A DNA stretch of 64,000 nt from contig DATKPQ010000181.1 of the NCBI GenBank assembly GCA_035523995.1, forward strand, positions 15,312 through 79,311. Direction: 5' to 3'. Position 1 is the stretch's first letter, and each line of letters begins with the position of its first letter. This document shows, piece after piece, positions 28,011 to 36,783 of this stretch. Under the pieces are notes generated by a model, which searched no databases, was not told the origin of the DNA, and saw only the letters and a program-made list of their open reading frames with translations. This DNA is from Acetobacteraceae bacterium (GTDB taxonomy: Bacteria > Pseudomonadota > Alphaproteobacteria > Acetobacterales > Acetobacteraceae). A program made the position numbers and the translations under genes.

Positions 28011-29330
28011 CTAGCCCACTCGTCGTACTATCGCCTCCACCGCCTCCAGGCGCTGCCGCAGCCGCGCCGTCTGCACTTCGCCCAGGGAAGTGTCCCAGCC
28101 TTCCACCACGCGCTGCGCCCGCACCAGGAGCGCCGTCTTGATGTCGTTGCGCTGCACGGTCAGGCCGATATCCATGATCGCTCGCAGCAGCCGCAGGCTC
28201 ACGGCCAGGTCGCTGGCCGCGTAGTGGCGGATCTGCTCGAAGGCGGTGTCGAACATGCCCTCGATGCCGATCCAGGGCACGATCACACGGGCGACGTGCG
28301 GCGGGTCATATAGCACCGGTTCGGGCGGCGCGCGGCCAAGCCAGCGGATCAGCACGCGGCTGAGTTGGTCGATGCAGCTTATCGCCGTGCTGGGGTCGTT
28401 GACCGCCGGCGAAATCGCCCTCAGCGCGATATCTACGATCATGATCACGCCGAATTCCACGTCCTGTTGCAGGGTCCGTGTCGGGCCGATGTCGAAGGCG
28501 CCGAGCAATTCGGCAATGCGCAGCGGGTCCAGCCGATCCTCGCGCGACACCAGCATCAGCGGCACGCCGGCGGGGATGAACTGGCCGACACGGCGTTCCA
28601 CGCGAACGCGGATGCGCCACGCCTTCGCCAGATCCAACAGGCGATGGATGTCGATGAAGCGGATATAGCCTGATTGATCGCTGAGGATGGGCGTGGCGGT
28701 CTCGTTCATCGGCATGGGCAGGGCCATACTTTCGAACCGGCGTTGTTCGGGCATCAGTTCGTCGATCACCTCCTCCGTCTCGCGTGCGATGCGGTCCACG
28801 ATGTTGTTCACGCTGATCGATTGCGAGATGTGGTGGATGAAGAACACCAGCCAGCCGACCGAGACCAGCGCCAGGATCATGGCACCGGTCACGGTGACGA
28901 CCGGGACGAAAGGGGTGGGCAGCGAACGCGCCGCCGGCATCGCCGCCATGCAGTAGCAGAAGGTCCCGAGGAACACACCCAGCGTCCATTGCGTGTTCCG
29001 GTCGCGCACGAAGCTGATGAGGATGCGGGGGGAAAATTGCGTGGAGGCGAGAGTCAGCGTCATCAGCAGGATGGCGAAGACGATCGATACGACGGTCATG
29101 ATCGAGGTGGCGATCGCGCTGAGGATGACCTGAGCGACCTGCGGGTCCTGGCGGGAGGGGAACAAGACGAAGGGCACCCAGGCGCCGAGGGTTGGGACTT
29201 TCTCCTCGGCGGATGACAGCAGCGCCCCGGCCGCGCCGAGAACCACGGCGATGACGAATGGCCGGATCAGGAAGCCGCCGCGCAGGCCGTAGGCGATGGC
29301 GCGGAGCAAAAGGGGGAAGCGACGGTTCAT
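28011..29330 (-). CDS. DUF2254-family membrane protein
   Basis: MNRRFPLLLRAIAYGLRGGFLIRPF..., LASTQFSPRIL, four N-terminal TM helices plus a soluble C-terminal domain, as I recall for DUF2254. Confidence 0.7.
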   Translation of the reverse strand: MNRRFPLLLRAIAYGLRGGFLIRPFVIAVVLGAAGALLSSAEEKVPTLGAWVPFVLFPSRQDPQVAQVILSAIATSIMTVVSIVFAILLMTLTLASTQFSPRILISFVRDRNTQWTLGVFLGTFCYCMAAMPAARSLPTPFVPVVTVTGAMILALVSVGWLVFFIHHISQSISVNNIVDRIARETEEVIDELMPEQRRFESMALPMPMNETATPILSDQSGYIRFIDIHRLLDLAKAWRIRVRVERRVGQFIPAGVPLMLVSREDRLDPLRIAELLGAFDIGPTRTLQQDVEFGVIMIVDIALRAISPAVNDPSTAISCIDQLSRVLIRWLGRAPPEPVLYDPPHVARVIVPWIGIEGMFDTAFEQIRHYAASDLAVSLRLLRAIMDIGLTVQRNDIKTALLVRAQRVVEGWDTSLGEVQTARLRQRLEAVEAIVRRVG

Positions 29331-29471
29331 GTAGGTGGGGTGAAGAGCCGCGGGCGGCGATGAAGGGCAACGCAATCATCGCGAAAAAGTCGGCGGGCTT
29401 CCAGGCAAAGCGGGCGATGGGTGGCGGCCTGACGCGAATTCCGGGATTCGTGCTGGACGCGGGTGCCGGGT

Positions 29472-29990
29472 TCAGGGTTCAGTCAGGGCGAAGGGCGGTG
29501 GCGTCGCCAGGGTCGCCAGCAAGGCGTGCAGGCGTGGCATTCCGGCGGCTGTATCGACGCCGTTCCCGGGCGCAAGCCGTGCGGTGACGACGGCGGATGT
29601 CGGCGTGGGTCAGCGCTTGGTGCAGGAGATGGGTCGCGCCTGGGGGCAGCGTCGCCTCGACGGCGGCCAATGCATGCGCCGTTTGCGCCACGCAGTCGTC
29701 GATCCAGGGCTGGTGCAGCTAGTCGGTGGGGGGAGATTGCGCTCGTAGACAGCGCGCAGGCCCTTGTCACGGGCACCCATCATGAGGGCCGTGCCTTTCA
29801 AGACGACGCGCCGGTCCGGCCCCGCGGCGGGCACCAAAGCGCGGGCGCGGCCATAGACCTCGTCGATGTGGTCGGTGATGGCGGCGCCGTCGATCAGGGT
29901 CTCGTCGTCTTCGAGGACCAAGGCCGGAATCCGGCCGAGCGGATTGACGACGCGGCAGTTGCCGTCTTCCGCAGCACCTTGCCGGGCGCC
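29472..29990 (-). pseudogene. glutathione S-transferase, disrupted by several frameshifts and an in-frame stop
   Basis: GST-like segments lie in three different minus-strand frames: NPLGRIPALVLEDDETLIDGAAITDHIDEVY...LVPAAGPDRR (N-domain); then after TAG, LHQPWIDDCVAQTAHALAAVEATLPPGATHLLHQALTHADI; then ADISAVVTARLAPGNGVDTAAGMPRLHALLATLATPPPFALTEP. No intact ORF spans them and the N-terminus is not recognisable. Confidence 0.55.
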
Positions 29991-30119
29991 GCCTCGGTCT
30001 CGCCGTAGCCCGGCTTTGGGGCGACCTGCCGGGAGCGGCGGTGGGGAAGTCTCCTGCCTTGCCGGTTTCGTTGGTGTGCCGGCGGAGGCGAGCGAAGCGC
30101 CGGTCGGGCGAACTATTAG

Positions 30120-30157
30120 CTTGCATTATGCAAGTCACAAGTTTATGTAAGTTGCAT
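30120..30157. promoter_or_regulatory. two related palindromes in an AT-rich patch immediately upstream of the HxlR gene (candidate operator)
   Basis: cttgcat-t-atgcaag (30120-30134, perfect) and atgtaa-g-ttgcat (30145-30157, one mismatch) share the half-site TTGCAT/ATGCAA. Confidence 0.4.
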
Positions 30158-30158
30158 C

Positions 30159-30752
30159 GTGAAAGGTACCGCGGTGGCTGCCATGCGACGCAAAAGTTTC
30201 GAATCGATGCCTTGCCCCATCGCCCGATCGCTGGAACGGGTCGGCGAATGGTGGAGCATCTTGATCCTGCGGGACGCCTTCCGCGGCGCTACCCGTTTCG
30301 AGCAATTCCAAAAGAGCCTCGACATCGCTCCGAACATGCTGACCCGCCGGTTGAATGCGCTGGTCGAGTCGGGATTGCTCGAGCGCCGGCGCTACTCCGA
30401 ACACCCTCCGCGCGACGAATATGTGCTGACCGAACGCGGGCGGGACTTCCGGCCGGTGCTGTGGGCGTTGCTCGCCTTTGGCAATCGCCATTTCGTCCCG
30501 GAAGGGCCGAACGTGGTGATCGTGGACGGGGAGACCGGCGAACTGGCCGACCCGGTGCTGATGGACCGGCGCACGCTGCGTCCGCTGACCGAGCCACCAT
30601 TCCGCAGCGTGTATGGCACCGCCGCTGCCGAGGCGGTCGCCCGTGCGCGGGCTGCGACAGAGGCAAACTCGGCCCCGTGCGCGGTGTCGGCGGCATCCAA
30701 CGCTCCGGCCTCGACCGATCTCTCATCCGCAGGAGCAGCCACCGATGTTTGA
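30159..30752 (+). CDS. HxlR-family winged-helix transcriptional regulator with C-terminal extension
   Basis: CPIARSLERVGEWWSILILRDAFRGATRFEQFQKSLDIAPNMLTRRLNALVESGLLERRRY...EYVLTERG is the canonical HxlR pattern. The start may be ATG 30183 rather than GTG 30159. Confidence 0.85.
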   Translation: MKGTAVAAMRRKSFESMPCPIARSLERVGEWWSILILRDAFRGATRFEQFQKSLDIAPNMLTRRLNALVESGLLERRRYSEHPPRDEYVLTERGRDFRPVLWALLAFGNRHFVPEGPNVVIVDGETGELADPVLMDRRTLRPLTEPPFRSVYGTAAAEAVARARAATEANSAPCAVSAASNAPASTDLSSAGAATDV

Positions 30753-31845
30753 TGCCGCCACGGCTGCGGAGACGCCGCCTGTCCTTCGCCGCGACCTGGT
30801 CCGCCTGCGCTTGCGGCGCGCCGTAACGGCGGGAGCCGCGGCAGCCGTGATCGCTGTCGGCGCAAGCTGGTACGGCTACGACTGGTGGACTCTCGGCCGC
30901 TTCATTCAGACCACGGACGATGCGTATGTCGGCGGCAACGTCACGCCGGTGGCGCCACATGTCAGCGGGTTCGTGGCGCAGGTGCTGGTGACCGACAATC
31001 AGTACGTCAAAGCTGGTGAGGTGCTGATCCGCATCGACGCACGCGACTACCAGGCGGCGTTGGCACACGCCGAGGCGGTGCTGGCGGCGCGCACCGCTTC
31101 TCTGGCCGGGCTCCGGGCGCAATACGTGTTGCAGCAGTCCACCATTCGCCAGGAGCAGGCAGAACTGGTCGCGAAGACGGCGCAGGCGAATTACGACGCG
31201 ATCGACGCCGCGCGCTATCGCGCCCTGGCGCAGACCGCCGCCGGTTCTCGCCAGGACGCGCAACGCACCGGCACGCTGGCAGACGAGGCGCAGGCCGCGG
31301 TACGGGCTGCCGATGCCGGGCTGTCCGCCGCCCGCCAGAAACTGATCGTGTTGAGCGCTCAGATCGCCGAGGCCGAGGCCGCCCGGGGGCAGGCGCAGGC
31401 CGACCTGGCGACCGCCCGGTTGAACCTGGGGTATACCGAGATCCGCTCGCCAATCGACGGCTATGTCGGCAACCGCGCTGCCCAGGTCGGGGCTTATGTC
31501 TCCGCCGGCACATATCTGATTTCCGTAGTGCCATCGGCGGGGCTTTGGGTGGATGCGAATTTCAAGGAGGACCAGCTCGCGCGTATGGTCGCGGGCCAGC
31601 CTGCCACCATCACCGCGGACGTGCTGCCTGACCATCCGTTCCAGGGCCACGTGGCAAGCCTCGCGCCTGCGACCGGGGCGGTGTTCAGCGTGATCCCGCC
31701 GGAGAATGCCACCGGCAACTTTACCAAGATTGTGCAGCGGGTGCCGGTGCGCATTCTGCTGGATGCCGGCGATGCGAAACTGCCGATCCTGCGGCCGGGG
31801 CTTTCGATCACCGCCAGCGTCGATACGCAGGCCCGTGCGCCATGA
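30745..31845 (+). CDS. HlyD/EmrA-family membrane fusion (periplasmic adaptor) protein
   Basis: TM anchor, TDDAYVGGNVTPVAPHVSGFV, coiled-coil region, LGYTEIRSPIDGYVG, NFTKIVQRVPVRI. AGGAG RBS; overlaps the HxlR stop by 8 nt. Confidence 0.85.
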   Translation: MFDAATAAETPPVLRRDLVRLRLRRAVTAGAAAAVIAVGASWYGYDWWTLGRFIQTTDDAYVGGNVTPVAPHVSGFVAQVLVTDNQYVKAGEVLIRIDARDYQAALAHAEAVLAARTASLAGLRAQYVLQQSTIRQEQAELVAKTAQANYDAIDAARYRALAQTAAGSRQDAQRTGTLADEAQAAVRAADAGLSAARQKLIVLSAQIAEAEAARGQAQADLATARLNLGYTEIRSPIDGYVGNRAAQVGAYVSAGTYLISVVPSAGLWVDANFKEDQLARMVAGQPATITADVLPDHPFQGHVASLAPATGAVFSVIPPENATGNFTKIVQRVPVRILLDAGDAKLPILRPGLSITASVDTQARAP

Positions 31846-33398
31846 CCACCGTCTCGCCGAAGCCGCCGTCGGTGCTGCCCTTCGTGGTGATGTGTGTCGG
31901 CATGTTCATTGCGCTGCTGGATATCCAGATCGTCGCAGCATCCTTGCAGCAGATCGGCGGCGGGCTTTCCGCAGCGCAGGACGAAATCAGTTGGGTGCAG
32001 ACCGCCTATCTGATCGCGGAGATCGTGATGATCCCGCTCTCCGGCTGGCTGACGCGGGTGTTCTCCACCCGCTGGCTGTTCACCGTCTCCTGCGCCGGGT
32101 TCACTCTGAGCAGTATGCTGTGCGGCATCGCGTGGAATATTCATAGCATGATCGTGTTTCGCGCGCTGCAGGGGATGCTGGGCGCGTCGATGATCCCGAC
32201 CGTGTTCACCTCGTCGTTCTACTTCTTCGAGGGGCCGCGGCGGGTGTATTCGGCGGCAGCGGTCGGCACGATTGCCTCCATGGCACCGACGCTAGGGCCG
32301 GTGATCGGCGGCTGGATCACCGACACGCTGAACTGGCACTGGTTGTTCTACATCAACCTGATCCCAGGCGTGATCATCACCATCCTGGTGCCACTTATGG
32401 TGAAGATCGACAAGCCCGACCTGTCGCTGCTGCGCGGTGCCGACTATCCGGGCATCGTGCTGATGGCGGCCGGGTTGGGCACGCTGGAATACGTGCTGGA
32501 AGAAGGCACGCGCTGGAACTGGTTCGACGATTCCACCATCCGCGCCTGTGCCTGGATCGCCGGCGTCTCTCTGCTGCTGTTTGTCGCGCGCAGCCTGACC
32601 TTCCGCAATCCGGTGGTGGATCTGCGCGCACTGACCAACCGGAATTTCGCGCTGGGGTGCCTGCTGTCCTTCATCACCGGCATCGGCATCTTCACCACGA
32701 TCTATCTGACACCATTGTTCCTGGGTTATGTGCGCGGGCTGAGTGCGTGGCAGATCGGGCTGGCGATTTTTTCCACCGGCGTGGCGTCGCTGATCGGGAC
32801 GCCCTTCTACGTGGTGCTGGCGCGTCGGTTCGATCCGCGCTGGCTGATGATGTTTGGGCTTGCCAGCTTCGGCGTGGCGATGTGGAGCTACAGTTTCATC
32901 ACTCACGAGTGGGGCGCGAACCAGCTTCTGCTGCCGCAGGTGCTGCGCGGGTTCCCACAGGTGTTCGCGGTGGCGCCGAGCGTTACACTGGGGCTGGGCA
33001 GCCTGCCGCCGGAGCGGCTGAAATATGCGTCGGGCTTGTTCAACATGATGCGGAATTTGGGTGGCGCGGTCGGCATCGCGGTGAGCGCCGCGGTAATCAA
33101 CGACCAGACCAACCGGCATTTCCTACGCATAGCCTCGAACCTGACACCGGCGAACGGCGCCATGGAGCGACTGCTGGATGGACTGACGCAACGGTACGGC
33201 GCGCTGCCCGGCGCCCCTGGGGCGGGCCACGACGCCGCGCTACATCAGTTGTGGGATCTGGCGTATCGAGAGGCTTCGACACTGGCGTTCGCCGATGCGT
33301 TCCGCGCGATCATGCTGGCTTTCGTGCTGGCGACTCTGCTGGTGCCGCTGCTGCGGAAGGTGGCGACAGGGCCGGCACCGAAGGCGGAGGCGCATTGA
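31842..33398 (+). CDS. DHA2/EmrB-family MFS efflux permease
   Basis: ATGA overlap with the adaptor gene. 14-TM protein with LDIQIVAASL, FRALQGMLGASMIP, GPVIGGWITDTLNWHWLFYINL. Confidence 0.85.
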   Translation: MTTVSPKPPSVLPFVVMCVGMFIALLDIQIVAASLQQIGGGLSAAQDEISWVQTAYLIAEIVMIPLSGWLTRVFSTRWLFTVSCAGFTLSSMLCGIAWNIHSMIVFRALQGMLGASMIPTVFTSSFYFFEGPRRVYSAAAVGTIASMAPTLGPVIGGWITDTLNWHWLFYINLIPGVIITILVPLMVKIDKPDLSLLRGADYPGIVLMAAGLGTLEYVLEEGTRWNWFDDSTIRACAWIAGVSLLLFVARSLTFRNPVVDLRALTNRNFALGCLLSFITGIGIFTTIYLTPLFLGYVRGLSAWQIGLAIFSTGVASLIGTPFYVVLARRFDPRWLMMFGLASFGVAMWSYSFITHEWGANQLLLPQVLRGFPQVFAVAPSVTLGLGSLPPERLKYASGLFNMMRNLGGAVGIAVSAAVINDQTNRHFLRIASNLTPANGAMERLLDGLTQRYGALPGAPGAGHDAALHQLWDLAYREASTLAFADAFRAIMLAFVLATLLVPLLRKVATGPAPKAEAH

Positions 33399-33488
33399 GG
33401 GGACGCGTGCCTGGCGCCAACGGATCAGGAACAGGGCGGGAACACACTCGGCCGTTGCGACGATGCGCGGCGGTTTTGCGTACGCGGT

Positions 33489-33518
33489 TTGACGCGGGGA
33501 TGGGCGATCCTCTAGAGT
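33489..33518 (+). promoter_or_regulatory. candidate sigma70-type promoter for tRNA-Ser
   Basis: TTGACG - 18 nt - TAGAGT, about 55 nt upstream of the tRNA 5' end. Sequence match only. Confidence 0.3.
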
Positions 33519-33572
33519 TGGAGCAGCAAACGCCGTGTCCGGGGGCGCCCCCGGGTATGCGCCCGTTCCGGC

Positions 33573-33665
33573 GGAGGGGTGGCCGAGTGGCTGAAGGCGG
33601 CGGTTTGCTAAACCGTTAATGGGGGTCAACCTCATTCGTGAGTTCGAATCTCATCCCCTCCGCCA
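33573..33665 (+). tRNA. tRNA-Ser (anticodon GCU), type II with long variable arm, CCA encoded
   Basis: Acceptor GGAGGGG/CCCCTCC, anticodon stem GCGGT/ACCGT with loop TTGCTAA, long variable arm, T-arm GTGAG-TTCGAAT-CTCAT, discriminator G, CCA. Confidence 0.9.
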
Positions 33666-33864
33666 ATTGCTTGAAATCACTGGGAAATTCCAAGAGGGTC
33701 AGCGAAAGCCGTTGTATTATATAACGGTTTTTCGTGCGTTGTGCCGATCCCCGCTGGCTGCGCAACGAATTTGCCCAGATTTGCGCCGCTTTTTTTGCCG
33801 ACCCTGATGGTGTCGCAAGCAAATCGAACAGCGAGTTGTCGTGGCTGTAGCGCGACATCGCTCC

Positions 33865-34020
33865 GTCACGCCGCAAGTGGCCGGTGTCGATCTCGGTGGT
33901 CGAAGCCAGCGTGTGTCCAGACAGGCGGTAGATGCAGTCGGGGTCGTCCACCATGGACGCGACGGCGAACGCGTGGCGCAGGTCGCGAAGCCGGTGGCCA
34001 GGCAGGATGATGGCTGGCAG
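33865..34020 (-). pseudogene. remnant of a tyrosine recombinase (phage-type integrase) C-terminal catalytic region
   Basis: Within ORF 33616..34074: HRLRDLRHAFAVASMVDDPDCIYRLSGHTLASTTEIDTGH resembles integrase box II (H-x-L-R-H-t-f-a ... LGH-s-x-x-tT-x-x-Y-x-H). The catalytic Tyr position is corrupted and there is no N-terminal domain. Lies 200-350 nt downstream of tRNA-Ser. Confidence 0.5.
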
Positions 34021-34154
34021 ATGTACCGAGAGCCAAGGTGGAAGCCGCGGGCTGCTCGCGCAAGAATTCGGCACCGGGACAAGTAGTGTGACGAATCGTC
34101 TAATGCCGTCCCGTCAGCCGCCCATCAGCCCCCGGGCGTCGGCGCCGCCGCAAC

Positions 34155-34430
34155 TCATCGGGAGAGCGCGATCCGTCCGGTCAGGGCGCCGGTCCGCGGG
34201 TCCACCAGCACCACGCGATCCACGCCGGCGCCTTGCAATTGCAACGCCAGGCGATCCTGGGTCGCTGCGATCCCTACGATTCGGGTGCCGGCCGGTTGAT
34301 CCAGCGTCACGTCGATCGGCGCGGACGTGGCTGGCGCCGTCGCGCGATGGAAGATTACGGCCACGATGACCGCGGTGCCAGCCAGGATGAGTACCCCCAT
34401 GGCGATCGTCAGTATCTTCAATGCCCGCAT
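34155..34430 (-). CDS. small membrane-anchored hypothetical protein (91 aa)
   Basis: MRALKILTIAMGVLILAGTAVIVAVIF TM anchor followed by a soluble domain. Divergent from rluD. Confidence 0.55.
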   Translation of the reverse strand: MRALKILTIAMGVLILAGTAVIVAVIFHRATAPATSAPIDVTLDQPAGTRIVGIAATQDRLALQLQGAGVDRVVLVDPRTGALTGRIALSR

Positions 34431-34519
34431 GCCATTGCCCACGCCAGTCTCTCCTTCGGACCAATTGACCGCTCGCCCGGCCCTCGCCACATTCGGTGCC
34501 GTTGGTCAACACGCAGTCG

Positions 34520-35527
34520 ATGGCTGAACCCGCGAGCCTGCCCGCACCACGTGCGTTCCGGATCACCGCTGGCACAGCACAGGCCGGCCAGCGGCTGGAC
34601 CGCTTCCTGGCCGAGTCGATCGGCACGTTATCCCGCTCCCGCGTGAAGGCGCTGATCGAGTCGGGCTGCGTGCACCAGGGCGACGCGCCGCAGCGCGAGC
34701 CGGCGGAACCGGTACGGGCCGGCACAATCTATTCTCTGAGCCTGCCTCCCCCGGCGCCTGCCGCGCCACAACCGCAGCCGATTGCGCTGACCATCCTTTA
34801 TGAAGACGCAAGTCTGATCGTACTGGACAAGCCGGCCGGGCTGGTCGTTCATCCCGCTCCAGGCAATCCGGATGGAACACTGGTGAACGCATTGCTGGCC
34901 CATTGCGGCCCTGGGTTCACCGGTATCGGTGCGGAACGCCGCCCCGGCATCGTGCACCGGTTGGACAAGGACACGTCGGGCGTGATGGTCGTCGCCAAGA
35001 CCCAGGCCGCGAACGACGCGCTCACCGCAGCCTTCGCCGCGCGCGATCTCGACCGATCTTATTTGGCACTGGTCTGGGGCCTGCCGTCGCCGCTGGCCGG
35101 CGAGATCGAGGGCGCCATCGGCCGCGATCCCCGCGACCGCAAGCGTATGGCGGTGGTGACACGCGGCGGCAAACCAGCACTTACACGCTACCGCACTCTG
35201 CGCACCTGGCAGACCAGTACCGCATTGCTGGAATGCAGGCTGGCAACCGGGCGGACGCACCAGATCCGAGTCCACCTCGCCGGGCGCGGCCATCCGATGG
35301 TCGGCGATCCGCTCTATCTGCGCCGCATCCCCGCCGGCGCGCGGTCGCTGCCGCCGCCGATTCGCTCGGTTTTGCTGGACTTTCCACGCCAGGCATTGCA
35401 TGCGGCCCGGCTTGGTTTCGCGCATCCGATCACCGGCCAGGGGTTGTCGTTCGAGACCCCGCCGCCCGGCGATTTCCAGGCCTTGCTTGGTGCCCTGGAT
35501 GCGGCCCTGCTTCCGCTGCAAACCTGA
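34520..35527 (+). CDS. rluD: RluA/RluD-family 23S rRNA pseudouridine synthase
   Basis: S4 domain (GQRLDRFLAE), catalytic motif HRLDKDTSGVMVVAK, KSYLALV, GRTHQIRVHL. Confidence 0.9.
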   Translation: MAEPASLPAPRAFRITAGTAQAGQRLDRFLAESIGTLSRSRVKALIESGCVHQGDAPQREPAEPVRAGTIYSLSLPPPAPAAPQPQPIALTILYEDASLIVLDKPAGLVVHPAPGNPDGTLVNALLAHCGPGFTGIGAERRPGIVHRLDKDTSGVMVVAKTQAANDALTAAFAARDLDRSYLALVWGLPSPLAGEIEGAIGRDPRDRKRMAVVTRGGKPALTRYRTLRTWQTSTALLECRLATGRTHQIRVHLAGRGHPMVGDPLYLRRIPAGARSLPPPIRSVLLDFPRQALHAARLGFAHPITGQGLSFETPPPGDFQALLGALDAALLPLQT

Positions 35528-35555
35528 GTTACCCTGAACTCATCAAAGGGTAATC

Positions 35556-35584
35556 TTGACAGGACTATTCCGGTCCTGTATGTC
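35556..35584 (+). promoter_or_regulatory. candidate sigma70-type promoter upstream of rpoH
   Basis: TTGACA (35556-35561) - 17 nt - TATGTC (35579-35584). Would give a leader of about 190 nt. Confidence 0.4.
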
Positions 35585-35778
35585 ACGCGCCGCCTGAGCG
35601 GGCGGATGCACTGCGCAGGTGGGGATCGTCCGGAAGCGCCGTTGCCATTGTCTGGGGCGGGTATCCGGGACGTGATGTCTCATCCCGCATCCCGAGTGGC
35701 TAAAGCCACATTCAGGCCACGTACCGCGCCGACAAAATACGGGCGACACGCGACCGCCGACGCAAGGAGGAGCCTTCC

Positions 35779-36681
35779 GTGGCCTCTGCCGTCCTTAACA
35801 TTGCCCCTGAGGGCAACCTGTCGCGGTATCTCCAGGAGATCCGCAAGTTCCCCATGCTGACGCCGGAGGAGGAACTCGACCTCTCCAAGCGCTGGCGTGA
35901 CCACCAGGATATGGAGGCGGCACACAAGCTTGTCACCTCCCATCTGCGACTCGTCGCAAAAATCGCCATGGGCTATCGCGGCTACGGCTTGCCGGTGGGC
36001 GAGCTGATCAGCGAGGGCAACGTCGGCATGATGCAGGCAGTGAAGCGGTTCGACCCGGACCGAGGCTTCCGCTTGGCTACCTACGCCATGTGGTGGATCA
36101 GGGCCGCCATCCAGGAATACATCCTGCACTCCTGGTCCCTGGTGAAGATGGGCACCACCGCCGCGCAGAAGAAACTGTTCTTCAACCTGCGCCGCCTGAA
36201 GGGGCAGATGCAGGCGATCGACGACGGCGACCTCCAACCCGAGCAAGTGGCCAAAATCGCGCGGATGCTCGACGTGCCGGAGCAAGATGTGGTGAGCATG
36301 AACCGCCGGCTGGCGGCACCCGACCACAGCCTGAACGCCCCGGTGCGCCAGGACAGCGAAGGCGAGTGGCAGGACTGGCTGGTCGACGAATCGGAAACCC
36401 AGGAAAGCACCATCGCCGACCGCGAAGAGCTGTCCGGACGCAAGGCCCTGCTTTCCAGCGCATTGAATACGCTAAACGAACGCGAGCGTCACATCCTGAT
36501 TGAGCGCCGTCTGAAGGATAACCCGACTACGCTCGAGGATCTGTCGCAGGAGTACAACATCTCTCGCGAGCGGGTGCGGCAGATCGAGGTCCGGGCATTC
36601 GAGAAGCTGCAAAAGGCGATGAAGGCCCAGATCGCCGAACGCCGCTTGCAGCAAGCGAACCGCGCGAGCATGCCCGCGTAA
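35779..36681 (+). CDS. rpoH: RNA polymerase sigma-32 (heat-shock sigma factor)
   Basis: GTG start after AAGGAGG. LVTSHLRLVAKIA, ISEGNVGMMQAVKRFDP, RpoH box QKKLFFNLRRLKG, region 4 ISRERVRQIE. Confidence 0.95.
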   Translation: MASAVLNIAPEGNLSRYLQEIRKFPMLTPEEELDLSKRWRDHQDMEAAHKLVTSHLRLVAKIAMGYRGYGLPVGELISEGNVGMMQAVKRFDPDRGFRLATYAMWWIRAAIQEYILHSWSLVKMGTTAAQKKLFFNLRRLKGQMQAIDDGDLQPEQVAKIARMLDVPEQDVVSMNRRLAAPDHSLNAPVRQDSEGEWQDWLVDESETQESTIADREELSGRKALLSSALNTLNERERHILIERRLKDNPTTLEDLSQEYNISRERVRQIEVRAFEKLQKAMKAQIAERRLQQANRASMPA

Positions 36682-36746
36682 CCAAGAACCTCCCCCGCCT
36701 GCGGCGGGGTTGGGCCGCGAAGCAGTCTGCGAACCCGAGCAGCAAA

Positions 36747-36781
36747 CCTCTCCCGCGCGCAACGCGGGAGAGGTTTTCTTT
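36747..36781 (+). terminator. Rho-independent terminator downstream of rpoH (between convergent genes)
   Basis: cctctcccgcg-cgcaa-cgcgggagagg followed by ttttcttt. Confidence 0.75.
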
Positions 36782-36783
36782 AC

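Noticed and set aside
30289-31650. 453-aa minus-strand ORF across the HxlR and HlyD genes
   Set aside because: Arg-rich shadow ORF; the sense-strand genes have canonical family signatures.
33616-34074. 152-aa ORF as an intact gene downstream of tRNA-Ser
   Set aside because: Only about 50 residues resemble an integrase C-terminus. The ORF overlaps the tRNA itself at its 3' end and has no plausible start context, so I treat it as a remnant, not a functional CDS.
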